A stretch of 57,515 nucleotides of DNA from Macrostomum lignano (GCA_002269645.1 NIVC01004158.1:1-57515); one strand, 5' to 3'; shown: positions 21,501 through 35,000, counted from the stretch's first letter. Notes: generated by a model from the sequence alone, not told the origin. Numbers and translations: made by a program.

Positions 21501-24500
21501 ATCTAGACAAGTCTAGAATTTGCTGCTAGTACGCTCGTAAACATTTAAAATGGAACTACACCTACAATTACAGGGGGGGGGGCGTAGCCCAGCGGTAGCG
21601 CAGCTGCTCTGGTGTGCCAGCGACCCAGGCTCGATTCCAAGTGCAGTCACATTAATTTGGGGCTGAATTGGAATCTCGGCTTGGCTCTGCTCGTGCAATT
21701 AACGGCCTTGAGAGCCAACCCCCAAGGCGCAGTGAAGTGTATATGCCTAACGATAATATAAAGTTAGGGCCGCTGTACACTCCTGTGTGAGTGTGTGCAT
21801 GCGTACGTATCCGCGTGCTTGTATGCCTGTTCAGGGGAGTCGGCGGAATGGGCATTAATGCCTCTCGCCGGTTGTGTGCCTATGTCGCTTAAAGTGCGCC
21901 AGGGTGCACACAACCCCCCTGCCTCTAATAAAAAAACTCCTGCGACAACAAATAATTAGTTTACTGACTAGCAATCTTCGCCCCCCGATGGGGGGCATCT
22001 AGATAGAATCTCTGGCACTCTACAAGTATCAAAAAGACGGCCAAATAAAGCCTTCACATAGACAATAGAAAAACTGCTCAAATGAAGTGCAATGCAAAAA
22101 AATATCCCAGGACAGCAAGCAACCCCCCAGATAGCAAGCACCCCCAGATAGCAAGCATCCACCTAATAGCAAGCACCCTTAGATAGCAAGCATCCCCAGA
22201 TAGCAAGCACCCTTGGATAGCAAGGCAAGCATCTCCAGATAGCAAGCACCCCCAGATAGCAGGCACCCCAGATAGCAAGCATCCACCTAATAGCAAGCAC
22301 CCCAAGATAGCAAGCATCCACCTAATAGCAAGCACCCTTAGATAGCAAGCACCCCCAGATAGCAAGCACCCCAGATAGCAAGCACCCCAAGTAGCAAGCA
22401 TCTCTAGATAGCAAGCACCCCCAGATAGCAGGCACCCCAGATAGCAAGCATCCACCTAATAGCAAGCACCCCAAGATAGCAAGCATCCACCTAATAGCAA
22501 GCACCCTTAGATAGCAAGCACCCCCAGATAGCAAGCACCCCCAGATAGCAAGCATCTCCAGATAGCAAGCACCCCCAGATAGCAAGCATCCACCTAATAG
22601 CAAGCACCCCCAGATAGCAAGCATCCACCTAATAGCAAGCACCCCCAGATAGCAAGCATCCACCTAATAGCAAGCACCCCCAGATAGCAAGCACCCCCAG
22701 ATAGCAAGCACCCCCAGATAGCAAGCATCTCTAGATAGCAAGCACCCCCAGATAGCAGGCACCCCAGATAGCAAGCATCCACCTAATAGCAAGCACCCCC
22801 AGATAGCAAGCATCTCCAGATAGCAAGCACCCCCAGATAGCAGGCACCCCAGATAGCAAGCATCCACCTAATAGCAAGCACCCCCAGATAGCAAGCACCC
22901 CCAGATAGCAAGAACATCCAGATAGCAGGCACCCCAGATAGCAAGCATCCACCTAATAGCAAGCACCCCCAGATAGCAAGCACCCCCAGATAGCAAGCAC
23001 CCCCAGATAGCAAGCACCCCCAGATAGCACGCATCTCCAGATAGCAAGCACTCCAAGATAGCAGGCACCCCAGATAGCAAGCATCCACCTAATAGCAAGC
23101 ACCCCCAGATAGCTAGAACCCCAAGATAGCAAGCATCCCCCAGATAGCAAGCACCCCCAGATAGCACGCATCTCCAGATAGCAAGCACTCCAAGATAGTA
23201 GGCACCCCATTTATGTTTGACATGGTAGCTGTTTTGTGTCTGACATGGTGGCTCTTTAATGTTTGAGCTGGTGGCTCTTTTATGTTTGAAATGGTGGCAC
23301 TTTAATGTCTGAAATGGAGTCATGTATACGCTTGACATGGTGACTCGTAGATGTTTGACAAAGTGGCTCTTTTATGTTCGACATGTGGCTCTTTAATGTT
23401 TGACATGGTGGCTCTTTAATGTTTGACATGGTGGCTCTTTAATGTTTGACATGGTGGGTCTTTAATTTATGACATGGTGGCTCTTTTATGTTTGACATGA
23501 TGGCTCTTTAATGTTCGACATGGTGGCTGTTTAATGTTTGTTATGTAGTCATATGTATATGTTTTACATGGTGGCTCTTTTATGTGTGACATGGAGTCAC
23601 GTATATATTTGACATGGAGTCACATATGTTTGACATGGTGGCTCTTTAGTGTTCGATATGGTGGCTCTTTAATGTTTGACATGGTGGCTCTTTTATGTTT
23701 GACATAGTGGCTCTTTAATGTCTGACATGGTGGCTCTTTAATGTTTGACATGGTGGCTCTTTTATGTTTGACATGATGGCTCTTTAATGTTCGACATGGT
23801 GGGCTGTTTAATGTTTGTTATGTAGTCATATGTATATGTTTTACATGGTGGCCCTTTTATGTGTGACATGGAGGCACGTATATATTCGACATGGAGTCAC
23901 ATATGTTTGACATGGTGGCTCTTTAGTGTTCGATATGGTGGCTCTTTAATGTTTGACATGGTGGCTCTTTAATGTCTGACATGGTGGCTCTTTAATGTTT
24001 GACATGGTGGCTCTTTTATGTTCGACATGTTGGCTCTTTAGTGTTTGACATGGCTCTTTAATGTTTGACATGGTGGCTCTTTTATGCTTGACATGGTGGC
24101 TCTTTAATGTTCGACATGGTGGCTCTTTAATGTTTGACATGGTGGCTCTTTTATGCTTGACATGGTGGCTCTTTTATGTTTGACATGGTGGCTCTTTTTT
24201 GTTCTACATGGTAACTCTTTTATGTTTGATACGGTGGCTTTTTAATATCTGACATTGTGGCTCTTCTATGTTTGACATTGTGGCTCTTTTATGTTTGACA
24301 TGGTGGCTCTTTAATGTTTGACATGGTGGCTCTTTAATGTACGACATAAAGGTTCGTTTATGTTCGACATGGTGGCTCTTTTAGGTTTGACATGGTAGCT
24401 CTTTTATGTTCGACATGGTGGCTCTTTTAGGTTTGACATGGTGGCTCTTTTAGGTTTGACATGGTAGCTCTTTTATGTTCGACATGGTGGCTCTTAAATG

Positions 24501-27500
24501 TTTCACATGATGGCTCTTAAATGTCTTACATGGTGGCTCTTTTATGTTTGACAATGTGGCTCTTTAATGTTTTACATGGCGGCTCTTTTATGTTCGAAAT
24601 GGTGGCTCTTTAATGTTCGACATGGTGGCTCTTTAATGTTTGACATGCTAGCTCTTTAATGTTCGACATAGTGGCTCTTTTATGTTTGGCATGGTGGCTC
24701 CTTAATGTTCTTCATGGTGGCTCTTTTACGTTTGACATGGTGGCACTTTAATGTTCGACGTGGTGGCTCTTTAATGTTCGAAATGGTGACTCTTTAATGT
24801 TTCACATGGTGGCTCTTTAATGTTTGACATAGAGTCACGTATTTGTTTTACATGGTGCCCATGTAATGTTTGACATGGTGCCTCTTTTATGTTTGACATT
24901 GTGCTTTTTTATGTTTAGCAGTTTCGTGTTTTCAAGGTGTTTTATAAAAAATTATTTTGCACTACTAAGATTCGAACCCAGGTCGCTACGTTGGCAGTCC
25001 AGTCTGTTCGTATCTAGGCTATCTCTTTTCAATTGGAGTACATGAATTGTGGCCCTTATAATTAAATTCTTACAGCAAGTCAATTGGGGTAAAAAGTTAT
25101 GACATAATCAATTTCTCAGTCAGCCAGTATCAGTCTCAGTTCAAGTTAGCAATATTGGTTACGCAATTTTAATCAAGTCGTGTGTGCATTTCTTCGGCAC
25201 TGTTTTCAACTTGTTGTGATGCAATCTTTATGACAATCAGAATTCAGCCAGTCAGTTTTTTTCTCTAGCATTCTTACAATGAATTTTAGGTCGAAAGAGC
25301 TGCTTGACCTTTGCAAAAAAGCATGTTTTTCGAATATTTAATCCCTTTATCATTGAGCAATTTTTAGCCAAGATGCATGTACCGTCCCAGGAAAATTTCT
25401 GATCGAATGGTGCAAGTTTGAAGAAAATCGGTTGAGCCATTTTTTCTGAAATCTATCGCATACCTACCCACATACAGACAACTCATTTTTAGTATATAGG
25501 ACTAGCAATCTTCGCCCCCCGATGGGGGCAATCTGGATAGAATCTCTGTTCTCTACAAGTAACAAAAAAACAGCCAAAAATCCTTCAAAAAGACAACAGA
25601 CAAACTGCTCAAATGAAGTGCATTGCAAAAAGAAATCATCCCAAGACCGCAAGCATCCCCCAGATAGCAAGCGTCCCCCAGATAGCAAGCATCCCCCAGA
25701 TAGCAAGCATCCCCCGGATAGCAAGCATCCCCCAGATAGCAAGCATCCCCCAGATAGCAAGCATCCCCCAGATAGCAAGCATCCCTCAGATAGCAAGCAT
25801 CCCCAAGATAGCAAGCATCCCCCAGATAGCAAGCATCCCTCAGATAGCAAGCATCCCCCAGATTGCAAGCATCCCCCAGATAGCAAGCATCCCCCGGATA
25901 GCAAGCATCCCCAGATAGCAAGCGTCCCCCAGATAGAAGCATCCCCAAGATAGCAAGCATCCCCAAGATAGATAGCATCCCCAAATAGTAAGCATCCACC
26001 AGACAATAAGTAGCTAGTGCGACAATTTCCTTAGCATTATAGCGGCTCCTTTAAAATTCGCTTACTTTTACGTTTGAAATTGTGTATCTTTTATGTTTAA
26101 CAGGGTGGCTCTTTTATGTTATACATTGTGGCTCTTTTTTGTTCTACGCTCGTACATGGTAACTCTTTTATGTTTGATACGGTGGCTTTTCAATGTCTGA
26201 CATGGTGGCTCTTCTATGTTTGACATGGGGGCTCTTCTATGTTTGACATGGGGGCTCTTCTATGTTTGACAAAGTGGCTTTTTAATGTTTGACATGGTGG
26301 CTCTATTATGTTTGACATGGTGGCTCTATTATGTTTGACATGGTGGCTCTATTATGTTTGACATGGTGGCTCTTTAATGTTCAAAAAGGTGGCTCTTTAC
26401 TTTTTGACATGGTGGCTCTTTAATGTTGGACATGGTGGCTTTTTAATGTTAGACATGGTGGCTCTTTAATGTTTGACATGGTAGCTCTTTTATGTTCGAC
26501 ATGGTGTCGCTTCAATGTTTGACATGGAGTCATGTATATGTTTGACATGGTGGCTCTTTAATGTTAGACATGGTGGCTCTTTTTTGTTTTGCATGGTGGC
26601 TCTTTTATGTTCGACATGGTGTCTCTTCAATGTTTGACATGGAGTCATGTATATGTTTGACATGGATGCTCTTGTATTTTTAACATGTTGACTCTTTAAT
26701 GTTCGAAATGGTAGCTCTTAATTGTCTAACATGGAGTCACGTTATATGTTTGACATGGAGTCATGCATATGCCTGATATGGTAGCTCTTTAATGTTTTAC
26801 ATGGAATCACGTATATGTTTCACATGTTGGCTATTTTATGTTTGACATGGTGGTTCTTAAATGTTCGACATGGTGGCTCTTTAATGTTTTACATGGTGGC
26901 ACTTTCATGTTTGACCTGGTGGCTCTTTAATGTTTAACATGGTGGCTCTTTAATATTTGACATGGTGGCCCTTTTATGTTTGACATGGTGGCTCTTCAAT
27001 GTTTGACATGGAGTCATGTATATGTTTGACATGGTAGCTCTTGAATGTTCAACATGGAGTCATGTATATGTTTGACATGGTGGCTCTTTAATGTTTGACA
27101 TAGTGTCTCTTTAATGTTTGACATGGAGTCATGTATATGTTTAACATGGTGGCTCTTCAATGTTTGACATGGAGTCATGTATATGTTTGCCATGGTGGCT
27201 CTTTAATGTTAGACATGGTGGCTCTTTTATGTTTTGCATGGTGGCTCTTTTATGTTCGACATGGTGTCTCTTCAATGTTTGACATGGAGTCATGTATATG
27301 TTTGACATGGTGGCTCTTGTATTTTTAACATGTTGGCTCTTTAATGTTCGACATGGTGGCTCTTTAATGTCTAACATGGAGTCACGTATATGTTTGACAT
27401 GGAGTCATGTATATGTCTGAAATGGTAGCTCTTTAATGTTTTACATGGAGTCACGTATATGTTTCACATGGTGGCTATTTTATGTTTGACATGGTGGTTC

Positions 27501-28916
27501 TTAAATGTTCGACATGGTGGCTCTTTAATGTGTTAAATGGTGGCACTTTCATGTTTGACCTGGTGGCTCTTTAATGTTTGACATAGTGTCTCTTTAATGT
27601 TTGACATGGAGTCATGTATATGTTTGACATGGTAGCTCTTGAATGTTCGACATAGAGTCATGTATATTTTTGCCATGGTGGCTCTTTAATGTTAGACATG
27701 GTGGTACTTTCATGTTTGACCTGGTGGCTCTTTAATGTTTGACATGGTGGCTCTTTAATATTTGACATGGTGGCCCTTTAATATTTGACATGGTGGCCCT
27801 TTAATGTTCGACATGGTGGCTCTTCAATGTTCGACATGGAGTCATGTATATGTTTGACCTGGTTGCTCTTTAATGTTTGACATGGTGGCTCTTTAATGTT
27901 CGACATGGTGGCTCTTTTAGGTTTGAAATGGTGGCTCTTTAATGTTTGACATGGTGGCTTTTTAATGTTCGACATGGTGGCTCTTTTATGTTCGACATGG
28001 CGTCATGTATATGTTTGACATGGTGGCTCTTTAATGTTCGACATGGTGGCTCTTCAATGTTCGACATGGAGTCATGTATATGTTTGACCTGGTTGCTCTT
28101 TAATGTTTGACATGGTGGCTCTTTAATGTTCGACATGGTGGCTCTTTTAGGTTTGAAATGGTGGCTCTTTAATGTTTGACATGGTGGCTCTTTAATGTTT
28201 GACATTGTGCTTTTTTGTGTTTAGCATTTTGTGTTTTTAAGGTTTTTGAATAAAAAAATCTTTTTGCACTACTAAGATTCGAACCCAGGTCGCAGCATTA
28301 GCAGTCCAGTCTGTTCGCATCTATGCTATCTCTTGTCTTGAATTGTGGCCCTTATAATTTAATTCTTATAGCAAATCGGTTAGAGTAAAAAGTTATGACA
28401 TAATCAATTTCTCAGTCAGCCAGTATCAGTGTCAATTTAAGTTAGCAATATTGTTACGCAATTTAAATCAAGTTTTGTGTGCATTTGTTCGGCACTGTTT
28501 TCAACTGGTTGTGATGTAATCTTTATCACAATTGGAATTCAGTCAGTCAGTTTTTTCTCTAGCATTTTTACAATGCATTTCAGGTCGAAAGAGCTGCTTG
28601 ACCTTTGCAAAAAAGCATGTTTTTCGAATATTTAATCCCTTTAAAATTGAGAAATTTCTTAGCCAAGATGCATGTACCGTCCCAGGAAAATTTCTGATCA
28701 AATGGTGCAAGTTTGAAGAAAATCGGTTGAGCCATTTTTTCTGAAATCTATCGCATACCTACCTACCCACAGACAACTCATTTTTAGTATATAGGAATTA
28801 TGTCTGCCCGTTAAATCAATCCAGGCGTGATCGAGACCGGCCTGTTCATTCAGCTGGCATCGAAAATCTACGTTGGCAATATGGACGGCTCAGTGAACCG
28901 CTTGGTGCTTAAATGA
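18560..28916 (+). CDS. RPIA: Ribose-5-phosphate isomerase A; exons 18560-18646, 18754-18814, 19603-19658, 20694-21032, 21223-21322, 28825-28916 (244 aa)
   Basis: [30 protein letters not shown]|[53 protein letters not shown]|VIETGLF. All five introns are GT-AG with compatible phases (735 nt total). Confidence 0.95.
19790..20552. repeat. ~760-bp polypyrimidine (CT-rich) low-complexity tract in RPIA intron 3
   Basis: Almost exclusively C/T on the + strand. The ORFs called there are low-complexity artefacts. Confidence 0.95.
21573..21936 (+). mobile_element. tRNA-derived SINE family A, full-length copy
   Basis: Head GGCGTAGCCCAGCGGTAGCGC...GGCTCGATTCC (A and B boxes) and 3' TAATAAAAAAA tail. 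A second copy lies at 11886-12256. Confidence 0.82.
22112..23200. repeat. 17-18-bp minisatellite (GATAGCAAGCACCCCCA) inside Helitron copy 1
   Basis: Direct tandem repeats. Confidence 0.96.
23208..24905. repeat. 23-bp minisatellite (TTTGACATGGTGGCTCTTTAATG) inside Helitron copy 1
   Basis: Direct tandem repeats with variant units. Confidence 0.96.
25650..26000. repeat. 18-bp minisatellite (GATAGCAAGCATCCCCCA) inside Helitron copy 2
   Basis: Direct tandem repeats. Confidence 0.95.
26085..28207. repeat. 23-bp minisatellite inside Helitron copy 2
   Basis: Direct tandem repeats with interspersed GGAGTCATGTATATG variant units. Confidence 0.95.
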
Positions 28917-29989
28917 GACAACAGTTGTCTACACTGCGTGCTTGTTGCAGCCTGGAGCTTAACTTTGCTGTCTGTTTACCTCTTTTTTAACGATTGTTTT
29001 ACCACAACTTTATACATGTAGTATTATACTAATACCCAATTAAAAACGTTACCAATTCAATCCGATCTTTTAAATTGCATTCTCTGTATGGCACTATTGT
29101 TTTGAATTTTTACTTTTAGTAGTAAGCACACCAATTATATACACTGCTAATAGCTGTTTTATAAGCGTACTCGTGCATGTAAAATCAATTTCATTATTAA
29201 CTAGATAGGTACATCTATAGTTTATTCACCGTATTTCTTTTGCGTTGTCATTAATTCTGTTCTACACTATATTCTATTATTCTATTCTATTCTGACTCTA
29301 GTGATAGCAGCTGTCTTAGAAGTTTTACAGACAGATTTTTTAGAAAAAAAGTTATTTATTACTTTTAGTAGACTATACTAAATAAAGAAGACGCAATGCA
29401 AACGACCGTTTCCATTTACTTAACTCTCAACTTATCGCTTGCACAGCACTAGTCAATTTGATAATTTTTGGATCTCCAAAACGGTTTTACTATATTTTTT
29501 CTATTTAGAGGTGTTTTTTTATAGAAATTTCCTAGTCCACGATGCTTAAATGATGCGTTATTTTTTCTATATTCCTAACTTTTTTGTTCTGCTGTTTCTT
29601 ATTGTGTGTGAACGCGTAATAAAAGACTTCGCTATCAATCACTAATATTAGCTCGTAGTATTAGTCATGTTTTACTGACTTGGTTATAAATAATTATTTT
29701 AGAGCAACGTACTCGCTACATTGTACACTTATTCCTTTTTCTTAACAGACTGCATAATCTATAAATTGTTTTTTCCTAATAAGTAATAATAATAAACTGC
29801 ATAATTTTTATAATAACGATTTTATTGTAATATTATGTTGCACAAAAATTTGTCAAGGCTTAATAAATTTTAATTATTATTGACATAACTACAAACTACA
29901 TGTAGCAATCTAGTGCCCCCCTTCGGGGCGCCCCATAAGCAAGGAACAAATATTTTGTTGTGAATCCCGTTTGCTTTAACACCTAAGCA

Positions 29990-30502
29990 ATTCCCCCGTA
30001 TGCCTTGATATCTCAACAATCGCACCCGTAAGCCTTGATATCTAGGCAATTCCTCCAGTAAGCCTCGACATCTCAGCAGTTCCTCCAAGTAAGCCTTGAT
30101 ATCTCAGCAACTACCCCCCCCCCAGGAAGCCGTAACATCTCAGCAATCCCCCCACGCCTCCAGTAAGCCTTGATATCTACGCAATTCCCCCAGTAAGCCT
30201 CGACATCTCAGCAGTTCCCCCAGTAAGCCTCGACATCTTAGCAGTTCCCCCAGTAAGCCTCGACATCTTAGCAGTTCCCCCAGTAAGCCTCGACATCTCA
30301 GCAGTTCCCCCAGTAAGCCTCGACATCTCAGCAGTTCCCCCAGTAAGCCTCGACATCTTAGCAGTTCCCCCAGTAAGCCTCGACATCTCAGCAGTTCCCC
30401 CAGTAAGCCTCGACATCTCAGCAGTTCCCCCAGTAAGCCTCGACATCTTAGCAGTTCCCCCAGTAAGCCTCGACATCTCAGCAGTTACCCCAGTAAGCCT
30501 CG
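29990..30502. repeat. 30-bp minisatellite (GCAGTTCCCCCAGTAAGCCTCGACATCTCA)
   Basis: Direct tandem repeats. The ORF 30177..30587 (AEMSRLTGGT)n is its translation. Confidence 0.96.
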
Positions 30503-31619
30503 TTACGAGAGTAGATTTAAAGCATGAGCAAGATAAGATACAAAAATATACTTTTCTTACGGAGGAATCCAGACAGTTTGGTGTCAAGATAGTTTGGTGC
30601 AGAGGAGGGAGAGTTGCAGAGAATTAAGTTCTTTGCTTATAATGTTAAATATTTATAGTTTATGGGGCATATGTACTGATATTGATATACTGGAGATTTT
30701 GTTTGTAACTTTGTGTTTTGTGAGTGTTCCACTGAATATTCATGGAAAAGAACATTTGCTAAGCTTTTAAAAGCAGTTTTGCATACCATTCAATGTATTA
30801 TGCAAATTATTATTGCATAATTGCTAATCGACATCAATGCCACTCGAAACTAGAAGTGTCTGGCATTCCTTATGGATATTATATTAGAGTACAGAAAATA
30901 AATTGAAGAGAACACTGAAAAACAATTTTAGCCTTGAATTAAGCTTAAATAGAAGAAATGAACCAATGTATAAGGCACAACAGCATTATTAAAAAATATC
31001 TAATTATAAAATATACCAACAATAATTTTTACTCGGCAACAATCAGCATTAGAGATATCAGCAACTTGAGAAATCTGTAAGGAAAAAAATTGTTCAGCGA
31101 ATTTCAAGTTGAAACAAAAAAGCAAATGAGACTATTCAATTTTTGTTGACCATTTACTTGCACCAATGGCATAAGAGAAGCAAAATCTTCTCTCACAAGC
31201 TGTGTTTATCTACTTATTATAACGATTAATACCATACCTTACTTAAGGTCTTGTACTATTAATTAACAGGGTCAAAATACAGGAAATACTTCATACATAG
31301 AATAACTTGTGTGATAATTAGTAGATAAAAATCATTTGTAATAATAAGCCTAAAATTAAATATTATAAGCAAAATAATTCATAAAAGTAAACTTATTCAT
31401 TCAATAATTCTTCTTGTATATTCACAAGATAAAAGTTTGGCTTTAAAAAGAATTATAGAAAGCAAAGGATTCCTTTTTGAATTGACTGATCTGAGCCACT
31501 AAGTGAAAATAGCTGGGTCAAAATATGAAAGCAGGTATATTTATAGTAGTACTCGCATATTTAAACACTAACTGACTAGAAATTTCTAGTAATAGTAGAT
31601 GTTTTAACATTTTGAAAGC

Positions 31620-31861
31620 ACCTGCCCTGACGGGGAGATGTGCAACCGACAGCTCAGCAGTCCCAGCTATTGCGCGGCGCATCTGAAGGCTGCGTATGGC
31701 TGTTCAGTCCAAGGACTGGGACCCCCCCCCCGGTCGACACACACACAATGCAATGCAGAGTCAAGTGTCTTTCTCAAGAACAAATTGCTCCGAGTGGGTC
31801 GAGATTTGAACCCCCAACCTTTCAGTCGTGAGTCCGACGCTCTAACCGCTAGGCCACAACC
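31620..31861 (-). mobile_element. tRNA-derived SINE family B
   Basis: Minus strand GTTGTGGCCTAGCGGTTAGAGCGTCGGACTC...GGTTCAAATCTCGACCCACTCGGAGCAATTTG, shared with 34598 and 45700. Confidence 0.8.
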
Positions 31862-32089
31862 TCTTACTACTTCATAGTAGATTATATATGAGTTTATTTT
31901 GCAATTAATTTTATACGTGTAATATTCTACTACTTTTACTATAAGTAAAGTATAAAGAAAATGCTCCGTAAAGTAGTTATAAATCGATCGTGTATTTTTA
32001 ATTTATCGATCTATTAGTTGTTTTCTATACACTATTTCGTGGCTCTGCAGCATAAGACGGGCTTTCCGGATTGCGATGAGCAACACCTG

Positions 32090-35000
32090 CTAGATTGAGC
32101 AGCCCATCTGGAGAAGCAAATTGTTTAGTAGGCGGGTTACAACGCCTTGTGGCACACGAGTTTTATGATCCGGCAGCTCGTTAGCCGGGTCAGAATTCAC
32201 CCAGCGATCGTAGGCCAAGCCGCGCCAGCGAGCCATGGCTCGGAAGTGAATGTTGCCCGGGCTCCAGTAGTTCGGGTACAGCTCCATCAGAGCCGAGCCC
32301 GGCGGTAGAAACAGCGTATGCGACAGCGCCGCTCCGTGCATGCCGGCCAGAATCTGAAGGCGGTTTATTGGTGAGGCTTTGCTATTGACTTCCCAGTTGG
32401 CCCTTGAATCTGCCTCTCCGCTCTTCTCCCTCAAGACTTAAATCTGCCTCTCCGCTCTCCTCACTCAAGACTTAAATCTGCCTCTCCGCTCTTCTCACTC
32501 AAGACTTGAATCTGCCTCTCCGCTCTTCTCACTCAAGACTTGAATCTGCCTCTCCGCTCTTCTCACTCAGTCCTTGAATCTGCCTCTCCGCTCTTCTCAC
32601 TCAGTCCTTGAATCTGCCTCTCCGCTCTTCTCACTCAGTCCTTGAATCTGCCTCTCCGCTCTTCTCACTCAGGACTTGAATCTGCCTCTCCGCTCTTCTC
32701 ACTCAGGTCTTGAATCTGCCTCTCTGCTCTTCTTCCTCAGGTCTTGAATCTGCCTCTCCGCTCTTCTTCCTCAGGTCTTGAATCTGCCTCTCCGCTCTTC
32801 GCATGAATCAGACAATAGATTCGCACCTGAACGCCAGAAATAAGTTTCAGCTGCTGTCTAAAGTCCATATTCTCCAGTGCCGCGCTGGACACGCGCAAAT
32901 GCAATTTAGAAAACGCGGTCTGAGCCTCAGCCAGCAGCTGCTCCTCGTTAGCGATTTTTCGTACAACGCTGCCGTGCGGATTCCTCGGATGCGCCACGTA
33001 GTTGCGGCGCCAGACAAACAACAGGCGCAGGCCGGTGCAGTTGCGGCCAGCCAGCGAAGACGCCGCCGCGCCCCCAACAGTGTCGGCAAACGGCAATCCG
33101 TGGCGGGACAGGAAGAATCTTCGGAACGGCTCGTGCAGCGGCAAACTCGGCCGGTTGTGCTGGTGCAGCGGCGCGTCGTAACTCATCATCACCCAGATCA
33201 GGTCGTCCACAACCTGCGGTGGAATCAGGCCACTTGTGAGGTTTATGCTTATGAGGGCTAATAACTCAAACTTTAATAAGATATGAAACAAATCCATCTA
33301 AATCCATGGAAACAGCCACTCATTGATCTCAAATCCATGGAAACAGCCACTCATTGCTGATCTCAAATCCATGGAAACAGCCACTCATTGCTGATGTCAA
33401 ATCCATGGAAACAGCCACTTATTGCTGATCTCAAATCCATGGAAACAGCCACTCATTGATCTCAAATCCATGGAAACAGCCACTCATTGCTGATCTCAAA
33501 TCCATGGAAACAGCCACTCATTGCTGATGTCAAATCCATGGAAACAGCCACTTATTGCTGATCTCAAATCCATGGAAACAGCCACTTATAGCTGATCTCA
33601 AATCCATCTCAAATCCATGGAAACAGCCACTCATTGCTGATCTCAAATCTATGGAAACAGCCACTTATTGCTGATCTCAAATCTATGGAAACAGCCACTC
33701 ATTGCTGATCTCAAATCTATGGAAACAGCCACTTATTGCTGATCTCAAATCCATGGAAACAGCCACTTATAGCTGATCTCAAATCCATCTCAAATCCATG
33801 GAAACAGCCACTCATTGCTGATCTCAAATCTATGGAAACAGCCACTTATTGCTGATCTCAAATCTATGGAAACAGCCACTCATTGCTGATCTCAAATCTA
33901 TGGAAACAGCCACTCATTGCGGATCTCAAATCCATGGAAACAGCCACTCATTGCTGATCTCAAATCCATGGAAACAGCCACTCATTACTGATCTCAAATC
34001 TATTAATATATCTACACGAGCAGGTAAAAACCAACCTGTAAAGACTTGAGCTCGCCAATTCGTACAACCCGACCAAACAAAGTGGACCAGATACCGTCCA
34101 ACGAGCCTTTAGGATGGCCATCAACAATGAGCACTGTAGCATTAGCCGGATCAATACCATAATAGACGCAGGCAACAAATGCATTATAGAAGTCCGTCAT
34201 AGTGTGATACAGATTAGCATATTCGTATCGGGTAATGGCTAGCACAGGCCCTGCCAGTTGAGATTTAGTTTGGGTATCGGATTGCAGCTGATGCAGTTCA
34301 GACTCGCTAATTGTAGTGCTGCCGGGCAGGTAAACCAGATTCAGATGCGATTTCGGATTTTGGAATGCGCCAACAAAATCTTTTAGCTGAATGCCAGGCT
34401 GTTTCTCTGGACAGACGACGCGGAATGCGCCCGGTTTGAGGGTCCAGTATTCTGAGTTCTCGGACTGGTTGAGCACCTGTTGAGAAGCGGTATAATAAAA
34501 ACTGAATTTCGCATGATTTTTGTAAACGATTTAAATAAATCTCGGTAAGAATATACTTACAAACTACTGTTACTAAGTAGCTTGAAACTAATTTTTAGGG
34601 TTTTAGCCTAGTGATTAGAGCGTCGGACTCCCGACTGAAAGGATTCTCAACCCACTCGGAGCAATTTGTGTCCTTGAACAAGACACTTTACTCTGCATTG
34701 CTTCAGTTCACCCAGCTTAAAAATGGGTGCCAGCATTAGCTGGGGTAGTTGAGGGTGTGTGTGGCGACCCAGACCCCTCAGATCTTGGACTGAACAGCTT
34801 TACTACTGAATACCTGTGGCTGAGTTGTCGGTTGCAAATCAGCCTAATAGGACAGGTGTATATAATCAAATTATGTATTTATTTTTTAGAGATTAATAAT
34901 TCAGCTACTTTTTCAGTAGTAGAATAAGCACTTTTACCTTGATTTAACAAGAACAAAAAAACATGTAGATTGTAATGGTTTTGAAATATTAAAAAAATGA

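Larger units (their letters stand above)
21968..25501 (-). mobile_element. Non-autonomous Helitron, copy 1, carrying 17-18-bp and 23-bp satellite arrays
   Basis: Minus-strand 5' end TCCTATATACTAAAAATGAG. 3' end has the hairpin GCCCCCC-ATC-GGGGGGC, then 8 nt, then CTAG. Confidence 0.85.
25502..28796 (-). mobile_element. Non-autonomous Helitron, copy 2, fused head-to-tail with copy 1
   Basis: Same termini and the same ~600-bp unique block (28200-28796 vs 24900-25501). The junction on the minus strand is ...GATTGCTAG|TCCTATATAC... Confidence 0.85.

Noticed and set aside
21573-21640. Functional tRNA genes at SINE heads (also 31790-31861 and 45700-45770)
   Set aside because: They lack complete cloverleaf or acceptor pairing and continue into shared non-tRNA bodies, so they are SINEs.
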